A stretch of 64,000 bases of DNA from Octopus sinensis. Lineage: Eukaryota. The notes under the pieces are model-generated. The model saw nothing but the letters and a program-made list of their open reading frames with translations. It had not been told where the DNA came from and made no database searches. The translations under genes and the position numbers were made by a program. The stretch is taken from contig NC_043005.1 in NCBI RefSeq assembly GCF_006345805.1, positions 44,454,001-44,518,000 on the forward strand, written 5' to 3'. Below, in pieces: positions 52,855 to 64,000 of the stretch (positions are counted from its first letter, which is position 1; the number at the start of each line of letters is the position of its first letter).

Positions 52855-54156
52855 TATAGAACATGCTTGGAAGAGGATGTGTGACGTTCAATCATATAAT
52901 ACACACACACATACATTTATATACTATATGAATATAGTGATGTATATAGTATATACACCCACATTAATATATATAGTAAATATGCATAATGTAGTATACA
53001 TTATAAATAATCCATAGTATATAAGTATGTGTGTATATGTATGGTTGTATGTATGTATGTATGTATGTATACTCACTCATGTAATATATATAGAGAGATA
53101 TACATATAAAATACAATGAGTTGATGTATACGTGTGTATATTTTTCTGTATATGCGTTTGTATATGTATATATGTGTGTGTGTGTATTTACATAGATATG
53201 TCTATGCAGGTATGTGTATATTTTTCTGTAAATACACACACACACACATGTATGGAGAATAATGCTATATAAAACGAGATTAATGATTTTGAATTTATTT
53301 AGTGTTGTTGTAATAAGCTGGTAAAATAGGATCATTTTGCTGTGACAGCAGATGATCATGTTAATATATTCGCTGGCGGCATCCACATGGCAAGAAAGCT
53401 AACAAACGTCTGCATGCAACGACGTCTGCCCCCACCACCACCACCATCAACACCACCACCACCATCACCACACGGCATAAAGTGAAAGAAGGAGAGAGAG
53501 TGCCCTTTGAGGACGAGCATCTGGGCAAACAGGTGAGGAGGACGGAGAAAACTGATCAACATGCAGACATAGACAGACTTATATATATGATTATTCCTTA
53601 GAGCGTAGATGAAAAAAGCCAGTGAAGAAAGTGAGAGAGAAAAGGTTAGGAAATAGATTGAAAGAAAGGGATTGAGATGTAGGAAGAGAGAGAGAGAGAG
53701 AGAGAGAGAAATGGGTGGAGAAGGCAGGTACTTTGTCTCCCGGTCGCTGACAAACTATTATCACTTTCAATATGTCACAGAAACAGTAATGACACGAAAG
53801 TAAACAGAAGAAAAAACAAGCCTGAGTCTCTTGCATTAAAAGCAAGAACAAAACGCAAGAAGGAAATAGGAAAAACACACCATATAGTAGTCGTTAGAAT
53901 AGCGCATCGGCTTAACCGGGCAATCCAATTTTATGTAGATAACTGAATGTATGTGCGTAATAAACATGTATTTTTATCGCCATGTCTATTTGAAGAGGAT
54001 TATCTTATAATATAAACTGCGATATCACCATATTTCATAGATATGTTAATGCGTGCAGCTTGTATGTCTGTCTCGAGTGGAGATATTTTTGTAGCATCGT
54101 AATAAACCCTCTAGTAGAAACAATAAGGCGCTGGGTGTGATATCAAAGGGATAAGA

Positions 54157-54230
<74 letters not shown>

Positions 54231-54715
54231 CTGCAATTAGGGTTATATCGAAGTTGTTTTGGGTGCAATAAATCGAAAGAATTAGAACAAAAGCGGAAGA
54301 AAAAAATTCTTTCTCACAATTCCGGATGGTTTTCACTTGTAGTAGTAAATATGTTGAATGCTAGTAGCAATATTGCTATAGACAGCCAACACTATCAGTC
54401 TGTGCCCAGAATGCATAAATTTCGGCTCTGTTGGTGATGGGGTGGGGTGCAGAAATACGATTAGGGAGCAGCAAGATTGAATTAAAACACTACAGACGAA
54501 AATATTTTTCATTGATTCTAAACCGAATGGAGTAAATCATTACCACAGATGACATTTCATATAACGAAAAAATAAATGTTACACAGCACACAATACACAC
54601 ACCATACACCACACACATGCGTAAATATATATACATACATATATATATAGTGAGTATATACAAATGTATGCTTTTAGATAGAGAGAGGGAGATAGAGAGA
54701 ATTAGTCAGTCAGAC

Positions 54716-54750
<35 letters not shown>

Positions 54751-55184
54751 AATATGGATGTGTCTATGCATGCGCGAAATTGTGTAGGGCTGAATGTGTG
54801 CGCGTGCGTGACAACTATTTCTTAATTTATTTTATTTTATATTACAGTTTGTCGAGAAAAAAGCGTCGTTGGTTACAGGTTTCCAATGGGACAAGGCTCC
54901 GGTTCACTACATTTCTAGCGACGACAGTGAAAAGGGATCTGCAACTGTGACTCAATATTCGAAAAGCTCTGGGCTTCTTGCAAATGTTTGCATCCTTCGG
55001 TGAGAGAAAGACACAGATACTTTGGAGGAATTACAAAAATTCATTGAAAAATGTGTACCGTTGTTTGTTTGATTGGTTGGTTGGTTGGTTGGTTGGTAGG
55101 TATTAATTACTTCATTAAAAACTTATTACATCGCCTACAAGAACTGAACCTTGTATGCTGTTAACTGTGCAGCCGCGCAATCGG

Positions 55185-55510
55185 TATATGTATGTATCTG
55201 CTGGTTTCCTCGGCACAGTCTTTACATGAATAAGCAGACAAGCCCTAATTCACCGAAGGTTTGAAAGCCATCAGCTACCCTCACCATGGTTTGGCCGGCC
55301 TGTTGGAATTCGTTGCTCGGAATGTGACCGCTGTTGCATGCATTCAGCTTCGAGTAACCACAAGTGAGAGCCGGATGTCAGGTGAGGATCAAAATAGACG
55401 AAGTTCTCTGAAGAAAACTATATATTACTCCGTCAGAAGTACTACCCTACTCAAACACCCCATCGAACTGATTGACCACAGCCGGACACACCGTACCCCG
55501 TCTTCTCCCA
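55185..55510 (-). mobile_element. Isolated RTE-type LINE 5' UTR with nested helices
   Basis: cctcacctgacatccggctctcacttgtgg...caggccggccaaaccatggtgagggtagctgatggc resembles RTE 5' UTRs as I recall them. The pairings are visible in the sequence. Confidence 0.55.
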
Positions 55511-55944
55511 TGTAATGTCCTAAGTCATCGTCGATAACGACGGACGAACACACATATCTAATATATTCATACACACGTATCTAATATATGTATGTATGAA
55601 TGCAAGTATACATAATTAGCTTTGACTGGGAATTCATCTTCCACCTGACGGCTTATTCGGCCTGAGTGGTCGAATAAAACGTCAGATGAAATTTAATGTC
55701 TCAGTCAAATCTAATTTTATGATAAATCTGACTCTACTTTTAGTTTTGAGCCCTTCCATCGGTAAATGTTCAAGTGTTATTCTAAAACTGGCTTTAAAAT
55801 CACAACATAAAAAGTCAACATATATGTAGCAATCTATGTATTATACTTAATGTATATACACCATTGATAGGCCAGTTGCAGCATATTCAACTGAGATAAC
55901 ATATCTTATGAACGTACAATGTTAAAAAGAAATATATATCTGTT

Positions 55945-56167
55945 TCTTTATTGCCCACAAGGGGCTAAACATAGATAGGACAAACAGGGACAGACAAACG
56001 GATTAAGTCGATTACATCGACCCCAGTGCGTAACTGGTACTTAATTTATCGACCCCGAAAGGATGAAAAGCAAAGTCGACCTCGGCGGAATTTGAACTCA
56101 GAACGCAACGACAGACGAAATACCGCTAAGCATTTCGCCCGGTGTGCTAACGTTTCTGCCAGCTCGC
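55945..56167 (-). mobile_element. SINE family B, CpG-intact copy
   Basis: gtcgattacatcgaccccagtgcgtaactggtac...gtcgacctcggcggaatttgaactc. Confidence 0.9.
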
Positions 56168-57068
56168 AGAAATATATATCGGAGACGACACATCATCGTC
56201 ACAGTATGCAGCTGGCTGCGAGTACATGTCATTGGAAAAACCCCGAACTTTTTAACCACACAGCCACGCTTGCACCTGCTTTGCATATGTGTATACGATG
56301 TTCTAATAGCAAACATTTCAAAGAGTCTTTATGTGCGTGAGTATTATATCGGTGAAAGTTAGTATTTGTTGTGACCGTAAATAATTCACTGTGAGCCGAA
56401 TGTATGCCTATTTGTTGTTTCGTCTCATTCGCTTTTTTTATTTATTTATTATAATTTTCCGACATTTAGTTAAGCACAAAAAAACTTCATGATTGTTCTT
56501 GTCGAACCATTTCGTGTTCATTGAAACTATTTTAATTTCATTCATACATGTCACTAATGCTCTTAGGACTATAAAAGAAAAAGGAGTCGACAGTTTACAT
56601 TCCTATTTCGTCTCCTACAAAACATCGCAATCTCTATGACTTTTAAGGACTTCCTTTTCATCTATAGTATCAAGTCTTCGTGAGAAAACACTTGATACAT
56701 CCACAAAAGCCTTAGGGGTCCTGACAACACCGTAGAAATATATCTAAATACACAGGCCCTTGAAAAAAACAAAATCAGTCCACTCGCAAAAATCTAACAC
56801 CTACTTACACCAAAGTCATCAAAATTTCAGAATCTAGAAGTTCTAAAGCTCAACCAAATCTGAACTAAATCAGACCTACGAACCCTTCTATGCATACCCT
56901 AAAAATTTCTAGAAAGGCTAATACTTAACACCACTAACTCACACAGTTTTCGCTCCAAATCGCAATTCAGACTTACCCACCACCCTTCTTGCTATCACAA
57001 CACAGAAAATGCGTAATGGATTCAACAACAGCGATGGGGAAAAGATAAAATATATATATATAATTACC

Positions 57069-57184
57069 ATTCCTGGCAACTGGTACGTGAATATTAATTG
57101 CCAGGAAGGACAAAAATGTTTCGTTTAAAACAAAATACTGTGTCCTTACTAGCAATTAATATTTACGTACCAGTTGCCAAGAAT
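57069..57184. repeat. 44-bp inverted repeat with 28-nt loop
   Basis: Arms 57069-57112 and 57141-57184 differ at 4 positions. Confidence 0.9.
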
Positions 57185-57784
57185 ACTTAATAAATGAATT
57201 AGTCTATCCTATAGTGTTACAACTCTAAACTTCGTGGGTATTTTAGCAATGCGTTCGTGGACAGTTGATAGGTTGGATGTGGTCTGATGAAATATGCTTA
57301 TACATTCATTACTTATTTTTCTATCTTTGATCCCATTGTTTACATAAACGTATTCATATACGAAAGGTAAATTTCAGCGCTGGCTTTAAAGTATATAGAA
57401 AATCTGTAGAGATAAACTTTAAAATCATTCTAACTACCATCGGCTTCAGTAAAGATTTCAGCTATATTCTGTTTTTCACTCGTACAAAATATACTAAATG
57501 CCGCCTAAAGGAACAATACAAAACTTCCTGCCAAGCTTGTGCACTTCCAGAATCTCTAACTTCCCGAATGAAACGTCACAGGGATCCCTCCCAAATGCCA
57601 CTCTAGACAACCCATATTACCACAAAACATACAGACGGCCACATGCGCTGATGAGATCACACATCTCCACTGCTCTATACACACTGCTACACAACTACTC
57701 TAACCCTATGTGAGTCACCTAAGAAACCAGCTAAAAGTAGCACTCCTTAACCACAAGTTAAAAACAACACTACTATAACCTTTG

Positions 57785-58085
57785 TGAAGGTGCATGGCTT
57801 ATTGATTAGTGTATTTGGCCTACAGCCATAAGGTCGTAAATTCGATTCCCAGTGGCGTGTTTTGCCCTTGAGCAAGATACTTTATTTCACTTTTCTCCAG
57901 TCCATTCAGATGGCAAAAATGAATTGTACCTGTAATTCAATGGGTCAGCCTTGTCGTATTCTGTGTTATGTTGAATCTCCCTGAGAACTGCGTTAAGGGT
58001 ATGCATATCTGTGCATGTGAAATTCACTCGTAAGCTGTGCCGTTGATCTGATCAATTAGAACACTCATCATCATAACATACGGAA
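57785..58085 (+). mobile_element. SINE family D
   Basis: gaaggtgcatggcttattgattag...ttcgattccc...cccttgagcaagatac. Confidence 0.8.
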
Positions 58086-58970
58086 TACACTAGCATGGCA
58101 CTTTTGGGTCTGCTGTAGGCAATATGTGTTTTTTGTAGGTCAGGGGGCGGGAACCAGAAGGGCCACCCCAGACAGCACACACTCTAGCTATGCTAGTGAC
58201 AGAATGCCCAGTAATAGCCATTGTATCCATTCTGGCTAAGAACATATAGCAACATAATTATACCACGCTGAAAGAAGATAAAAATACTAGGAGTAAAATA
58301 CAACTCCTCTGCAATTGTCTCAACACCTATAGAAAACATAGTAATGAAGTATACCGGCATACAAATATGCTTAGAGTAATCCCCTGCCGAACCGCTAAGT
58401 CACGGGGTTATAAACACACCAGCACCCGTTCTCAAGTAATAGAAGGGGGACAAACTCAGATACAAAGACACACATAGGTATATACCTAGGTACATTTATT
58501 TTTTAAATTCTTTTATTCTTTTGTTTCAGTAATTTGACAGGGGCCATGCTGGAGCACTTCCTTTTAGTCAAAGAAATCTCCCCCTGGACTTATTCTTTGT
58601 TAGCCTGGTACTTATTCTATTGGTCTCTTTTGCCGAACCAATATATATATATAGTTTCCGTCTACCAAATCCACTCACAAGGCTTTGGTTGACCCAAAGC
58701 TATAGTACATGACACTTCCGCAAGGTGCCACATAGTGGGACTGAACTTGGAATAATGTAATTGGAAAGCAAGCTTCTTACCGCACAGCCACACCCATGCC
58801 TATGTGCATGGTTTACGCATCGCTTCTTTGTTATATAAATATAATGAAATTATAGGATTCCACCATTGTCACTTCCGGTATTGCAGTTTACTTTCACTAT
58901 TTTAGGACATTAAACTGCATGTTAAAAAACACCTCACTCATAATAATAATCCTGGTACAGAATTATCAAG

Positions 58971-59730
58971 GTTTCGTTCGCGCCATCCAATTTTATTCAA
59001 ATTTTCTACTCTGATTTAGTTTTGCATGTTAATGATGACAATCACATTCATTTTCGAAGAAAATCAATTATAAACAAAGTTACAAACCTTTAAGGTTTGA
59101 ACTGTTAGCCAATCAGTAGCCTCTATTATTGACATACCAGAAGTTGTAATTTCCATGTGTTGACAATAAGAAAATAAGATCATTGTGAAACAGAGAAAGA
59201 TGGGGTTGGATTATGAATATAAAGAGATTAATGAAATAAAAGTTAAAATACTGCAAAACCCCTTTAAAAAAGAAAAATTAATGAAATGAAAATGTCACAT
59301 GATCTTTAGATATGAGGGAGAAAATGTAATGGAAATTCTGAAATAAAGAAAGGACAGTGAAATCTTATGTCCTCATACAGTTTTTGCAAGAGATTTGACT
59401 AGCACCATAACCCTAAAACCTAGCCCTAACTCTAAACCCTAACTCTTATTATAACCTCAACCACTAATCCTAACCCTAAACTATAATCTTATCCCTAAAC
59501 CCTTACCCAATGGCTTGCACTGGTTCAAACACTTGTTTATTGAGACAGACAAGTATGACTTCAAGTATGTCAATGATAGAGGCTTCTGATTGGCTAAAAT
59601 TTCAAACTTTAAAAGTTTCTTATCTTTTTTCATTATTAATTCCTGTGAAACGAAAGGGATTTTCATCATTAATATGAAAGACTATCTCAGTGCAGAACAT
59701 TTGAATGAAACCGAATCATGCAATCGAAAC
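58971..59730. mobile_element. Fold-back element with ~165-bp diverged inverted arms and internal telomere-like repeats
   Basis: 58971-59138 versus 59564-59730, e.g. ttagccaatcagtagcctctattattgacatac / gtatgtcaatgatagaggcttctgattggctaa. A (CCCTAA)-like tract lies at 59405-59510. Confidence 0.75.
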
Positions 59731-59744
59731 TATGAAAATACATG

Positions 59745-60415
59745 TTTCAATTGGCGGTGAGAAAATAGGTACCAGCTGAGTTTTGGGGTCGATGTTACCA
59801 ACTTACTCCCTTCCCCGAAATTTGCTGGCCTTGTGCTAAGATTTGAAAGCAATATTTCAATCGGCTAGCTGGAAGAATTGTTAGTGCTAGAGGCAAAATG
59901 CCTAGTGGTATTTCATCTGTCTTCTTGTTCTGAGTTCTAATTCCACCAAGGTTAAACTTCATGTTTCATCCATTTGGGGTTGATAAATTAAGTACCAGTG
60001 AAACACTTGTGTCAAGGTAATCGACTTACTCCCTTCTCCGAAGCTGCTGACCTTGTGCCAAAATGGGAAACCAATATTTCAGTTGGCAATGATAAAGTAA
60101 GTACCAGCTGAGTACCGGGGCCGATGTAACCAACTTACTACCTACCTGGAAATTGCTGGCCTTGTGTCAAAATTTGAATCTAATATTTCAATTGGCGAAC
60201 TTGCAGAATCTTTAGCATGCCTGGCAAAATGTTTAATGGCATTTCATCCATCTTCACGTTTTGAGTTCCAATTCTGCTTTGGTCGACTTCGTCTTTCATC
60301 CATTCGGAGTTGATAAAATAAATCCCAGTCGAGAACTGGGGTCGATGTAAACAACTTATCTCTGCCCCCTAAATTGCTGACCTTGAGCCATTATTTGAAA
60401 TTAATATTTCAATTG
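59745..60415 (+). mobile_element. Tandem array of SINE family B units (half-full-half-full)
   Basis: Units are joined by aatatttcaattggc-like junctions. Confidence 0.85.
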
Positions 60416-60594
60416 GTGATAATCCAGCTCAGTCATTATGATTAATGTATCCCACCCCCTTCTGATTCACACGAATGCTCTACTGTTATATTTTCTCGTT
60501 ACGAATAGTAATACTTCCTGAACCATTTGTTTGTTCCTTCTCAAGCCATGCCTGGTTCATAAGGGCCAGTTTCCTGGTTTCTTTGGTGTATAAG

Positions 60595-60797
60595 TTCCCC
60601 AAGATGCAGGAGGAAAGAGTGAGAGAAAGTTGTGGCGAAAGAGTCAGCAGAAGTTCGCCATTACCTTCTGCCGGAGCTGCGTGGAGCTTAGGCGTTTTGC
60701 TCATAAACACACACAACACCCGGTCTGAGATTCAAACCTGCAATCCCTCAACCGCAAGTCCGCTGCTCTAACCACTAGGCCATGTGCCTGCACCTCC
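60595..60797 (-). mobile_element. tRNA-derived SINE (family E), 5' part
   Basis: A box TGGCCTAGTGG and B box GGTTTGAATC, followed by a non-tRNA body. Confidence 0.75.
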
Positions 60798-61449
60798 CGA
60801 ACCATTTATTCTTGTGTAATGATTGAGCTGACGTATCTCAATAATTGATTGTACCTTATATTAATTTGGGGGGTTTGGCCCTAATCTGATTTTATGTCCC
60901 ACAACAAATGATGGAAGTTGTTTGATATGTTCCATGTTTAAGTGTCGATTTAAGTGAGTGTTTTTTATGCTATATCTTTTGAGGTTTGTATTTGCCAGGT
61001 ATATATGTCTTAAATGCTGAATGTCTTTCTGTCTGGGGTGTAATGATATTGAGGCTTAGCACTTTGGATGGTATCTGTACCAAAATCACTACACGGCTCA
61101 TAGCAGTCAGTAACACATTTCATTGTTTTCTTTTCTCATCAGCACAGCAGTTGCTGTATAGAAAAGTGACTAATTAATGAAAGGCAATGATGAACATCTC
61201 AAGTTCTAAGGCGGTCTCTTTTTTGATGAGTTGTAAATTTTGGTCCACCTTAACATAATCATTGATCTTTTTACAAGTGCAAACTAAAAATACTGTGTGT
61301 GAATGCATTGAAATAAATATCTAGGCTCGACAAAGAAGCAAGTAGGGTATTTAGCTATGAATGAGGCCATACTGATGATAATATATATATATATGAATGC
61401 TGTGATAACTGATGTTACTCCGAGTAAAAACAAAGATGAAACTTTGGTG

Positions 61450-62260
61450 CATGATATTAACACTCTTTGGAATTTTGATTGTACTGGTAAGGACCATTGA
61501 TGAAATGAAGGCAGTGTAATAATTTAGCATTTTGTAAATTGCTACTCTGTCACATGTATATAACTAACCAGCAAATTGAAGATATTCACTAAATTCTTTA
61601 TGTATGAATGATGATGTTTCAACAAGATCTGACAATTTAAACTATATCTTCAGCACTATCTGTTGCAATCCATTATTAGTTTCTTGTAAAAGAAGTTGAG
61701 TAATAAAGTTTAGTTGGCACCAGCATTGCAACTTGACGTCATGTAACAAATGCTAGCTAAATATTATTTAAAAATGCTGGACATTTGTGAAAGTTCAGTT
61801 AATTAGTCATATTAATGATGTATTTCCTCTTTGATGAAAGATTTGTCATTTCTTAAGTTAATTTTATTTGGTCAAACATTTCCTGTTAGAAGCAGAAACA
61901 ATACCTGCAGCTTGGTTTATCATCCTGTGCATAAGAACCACACGGAATATGTAGCGCAGATTTCTCTTTTAGATTTCTTCAGCGATTGTTTGGTGTATTC
62001 TCAAGTGATTTATCACCAAATAATTTTAGAAGCTTGATTCAACAACACGGCTGTCGCATCCTAGGATAAAATATTTGACATTATCAAGAATCTCATCTAT
62101 AGTCAAAACATCTCCTTCTAATGATGCATACCTTGATTCAACTGAAGATATAAAGGAGCTACTGACAAGAATTATTTGCCAAGCAGTTTTAAAACAGAGA
62201 AATTCTGTTGTAAGTACAGTTGCTGTGCCTTGCCGAGAACAAATTGTATTCATAGTTTAT
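61450..62260 (-). mobile_element. Ty3/Gypsy pol remnant (RNase H to integrase linker)
   Basis: WQIILVSSSFISSVESRYASLEGDVLTIDEILDNVKYFILGCD matches the gypsy RNase H motif SRF...ESRYAPIEGE.L, followed by LRYIFRVV and NQAAGIVS. Confidence 0.78.
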
Positions 62261-62399
62261 ATCAAATATTCATACTCAATGTCATCGACAAATTTTTCTA
62301 CTCTTGAAATAGATATTTTAACCAATATTCCAAAATATAGCTATGCCATTTTATATACTCTTCGGAATAGTTTCATACTATCAGCCATACTAAATATTA

Positions 62400-62720
62400 A
62401 ATTAGTGGTAGAGTGTCAGACTCACAATCATAAGGTAGTGAAATCAATTCCTGGACTGGGATGTGTGTTGTGTTCTTGAACAAGACACTTTATTTCACAT
62501 TGTTCCATTTCACTGAGCTGCAGAAATGAGTTGCAACGTTAGTGGTGCCAAACTGCATTGGCCTTTCCCCTGGATAACATTGGTGGTGTGGAGAAAGGAA
62601 CCTGATATACACGGACAACTGTTGGTCTTCCATAAACAACCTTGCCCGGACTTGTTCCTAGGAGAGTAACTTTCTAGGTGCAATCCCACAGTCATTCATG
62701 ATTGAAGGGTGTTTCTACTT
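62400..62720 (+). mobile_element. SINE family C
   Basis: Collinear with 35243-35575. Confidence 0.85.
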
Positions 62721-62938
62721 TTTACCCTTTAAAAACTAAATGTATATGAAACTGATTTACGATGCCAAATCATAAGCAGATATCAATAATAAATGTTGAA
62801 TGTGGGAAAATTCATAATTACTCGTAATTATTTTCTACATAAACACAAACAACATTGTTCAGAGTTAATTCAAAACCTGCTTTAATGCTCCACTTTGTTA
62901 GCAACAGAAGCAAACATCATTGAGTTTGTCACGTAGAT

Positions 62939-63240
62939 CAGTGCTACTCAAAGTGGTAGTCTGCAGGCTGGTGCCTGTTTGCATGCCATCAGCTGCTTGT
63001 ATGCAGTGAGTTTCCAGAAGAGAAAGAAACATTATAAAATGCTTATGTAATATTGCATTATTTGTTTACTAAATAAATATAAGATAAAAAAAATTGTCAA
63101 CTTTTATTATATTCATTATATATATTGTTTCCTGTATAAATTCCTATTACTAAGAAATATTACCAGCCCCTGGCACATTGGAGAAATAAAAACTGCTGGT
63201 ATGCCACATCAGATAGTTTAAGAAGCACTGATGTAAGTCA
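62939..63240 (+). mobile_element. hAT-Charlie-type terminal fragment
   Basis: Begins CAGTGCTACTCAAAGTGG after an acgtagat target-like octamer. The right end was not found. Confidence 0.55.
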
Positions 63241-63559
63241 TGATAGTTAACGGCATAGTGGAAGCAATTGAGAATATATTTGGTTTTGTTGGTTACTTTT
63301 AAGGCATGACCTAACTTTTCGTCTAACGTCACTTCGTCCACATCTTTTTGTCCTATGATTTTTTTGTCCAATTTTAAATAAACTCCTCAGAAAGCAAGGT
63401 GAACATGAAAATCAAATAAACATTGTGAATTTTATTGATAGGATTGAAGTAAAATACTATGGAAAGATGTATTTTAAAAAAGTAATAAGATATAACTAAT
63501 GATTTATTATGATCACTTAAAATTGATGTAAATTATATGCCACACACTTCAAAAAAATT

Positions 63560-64000
63560 TTTCTTGTTGACCCATATTTAACGAACAATCTTTTGAGGTG
63601 TTCAGTTATTCTTCGCTATCATGTACGTGAATTTGATGGATCTCCTTGAAGAATTTGAGTCATTCTACCTTGAATGAACTCTTCCTCTTCCTTCAGAGTT
63701 TTGATTAATTTCCAAATATTCAAATATGCTCCACCTGCTGAATGCTTTATCGCAGAATGAAACCCTTCCGCAGCATTATTGTTCTGGGAGGATCATGAAG
63801 AATATGCTGATTAACATTCCATAAAGCTATTGGGAATGTACGCTACACCATTAAATGAAAGTGCTTTTTCGACATCTTCTGTGTTGTAGCTTCCCATGAG
63901 CATAAAAGATTATGTCCTATCAATTGGCATTGATCATCATCTGGACATACAATCATCTCCAAATCACTTGGAGATGATTGTATTTTACTATTTCATTCAT
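63560..64000 (-). mobile_element. Mutator-like (MULE) transposase C-terminal remnant
   Basis: FPIALWNVNQHILHDPPR/NNAAEGFHSAIKHSAGGAYLNIWKLIKTLKEEE, matching the RTNNxxEG[FW]H motif. Confidence 0.8.

Larger units (their letters stand above)
49650..57700. promoter_or_regulatory. CpG-retaining, TE-poor putative promoter zone
   Basis: By eye, CpG is much more frequent here than in 2.6-49.5 kb. The zone contains several good splice signals and an Inr-like TCAGTT at 52199. Not quantified. Confidence 0.5.

Noticed and set aside
59745-60415. Regularly recurring motif resembling a CRISPR array
   Set aside because: The 'spacers' are homologous SINE sequence, the context is eukaryotic, and there are no cas genes.
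60830-61330. Possible Penelope-like ORF remnant on the minus strand (similar impression at 1450-1687 and 46090-46690)
   Set aside because: No diagnostic motif was recognised; this is an impression only.

Overview
AT-rich eukaryotic DNA dense in microsatellites and transposons. The tRNA-derived SINE families, RTE tails and (TA)n tracts match what I recall from coleoid cephalopods, most likely Octopus; this is recognition from memory, not a database match. There is no prokaryotic content and no CRISPR array, and almost all tracked ORFs are microsatellite noise or dead TE fragments. The best host-gene model is the 5' end of a large minus-strand gene. It has a CpG-retaining, TE-poor promoter zone (~49.7-57.7 kb), a probably non-coding exon (51742-51564), a ~37 kb intron, and a 291-nt exon (14607-14317) encoding a His-rich leader plus signal peptide. 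The rest of the gene would lie left of the window. The TE fossils include CR1, RTE, HERO, R4-like and Gypsy retroelements, mariner, a DD36E Tc1, hAT and piggyBac MITEs, a Helitron and a MULE. The most interesting signal is a set of short non-coding elements, mostly in or beside (TA)n tracts, that carry Penelope-type hammerhead ribozyme motifs or fold-back palindromes. One hammerhead looks intact (43782-43868) and another sits behind a tRNA-like Pol III head (18908-19200). TE coordinates are approximate and were read by eye.
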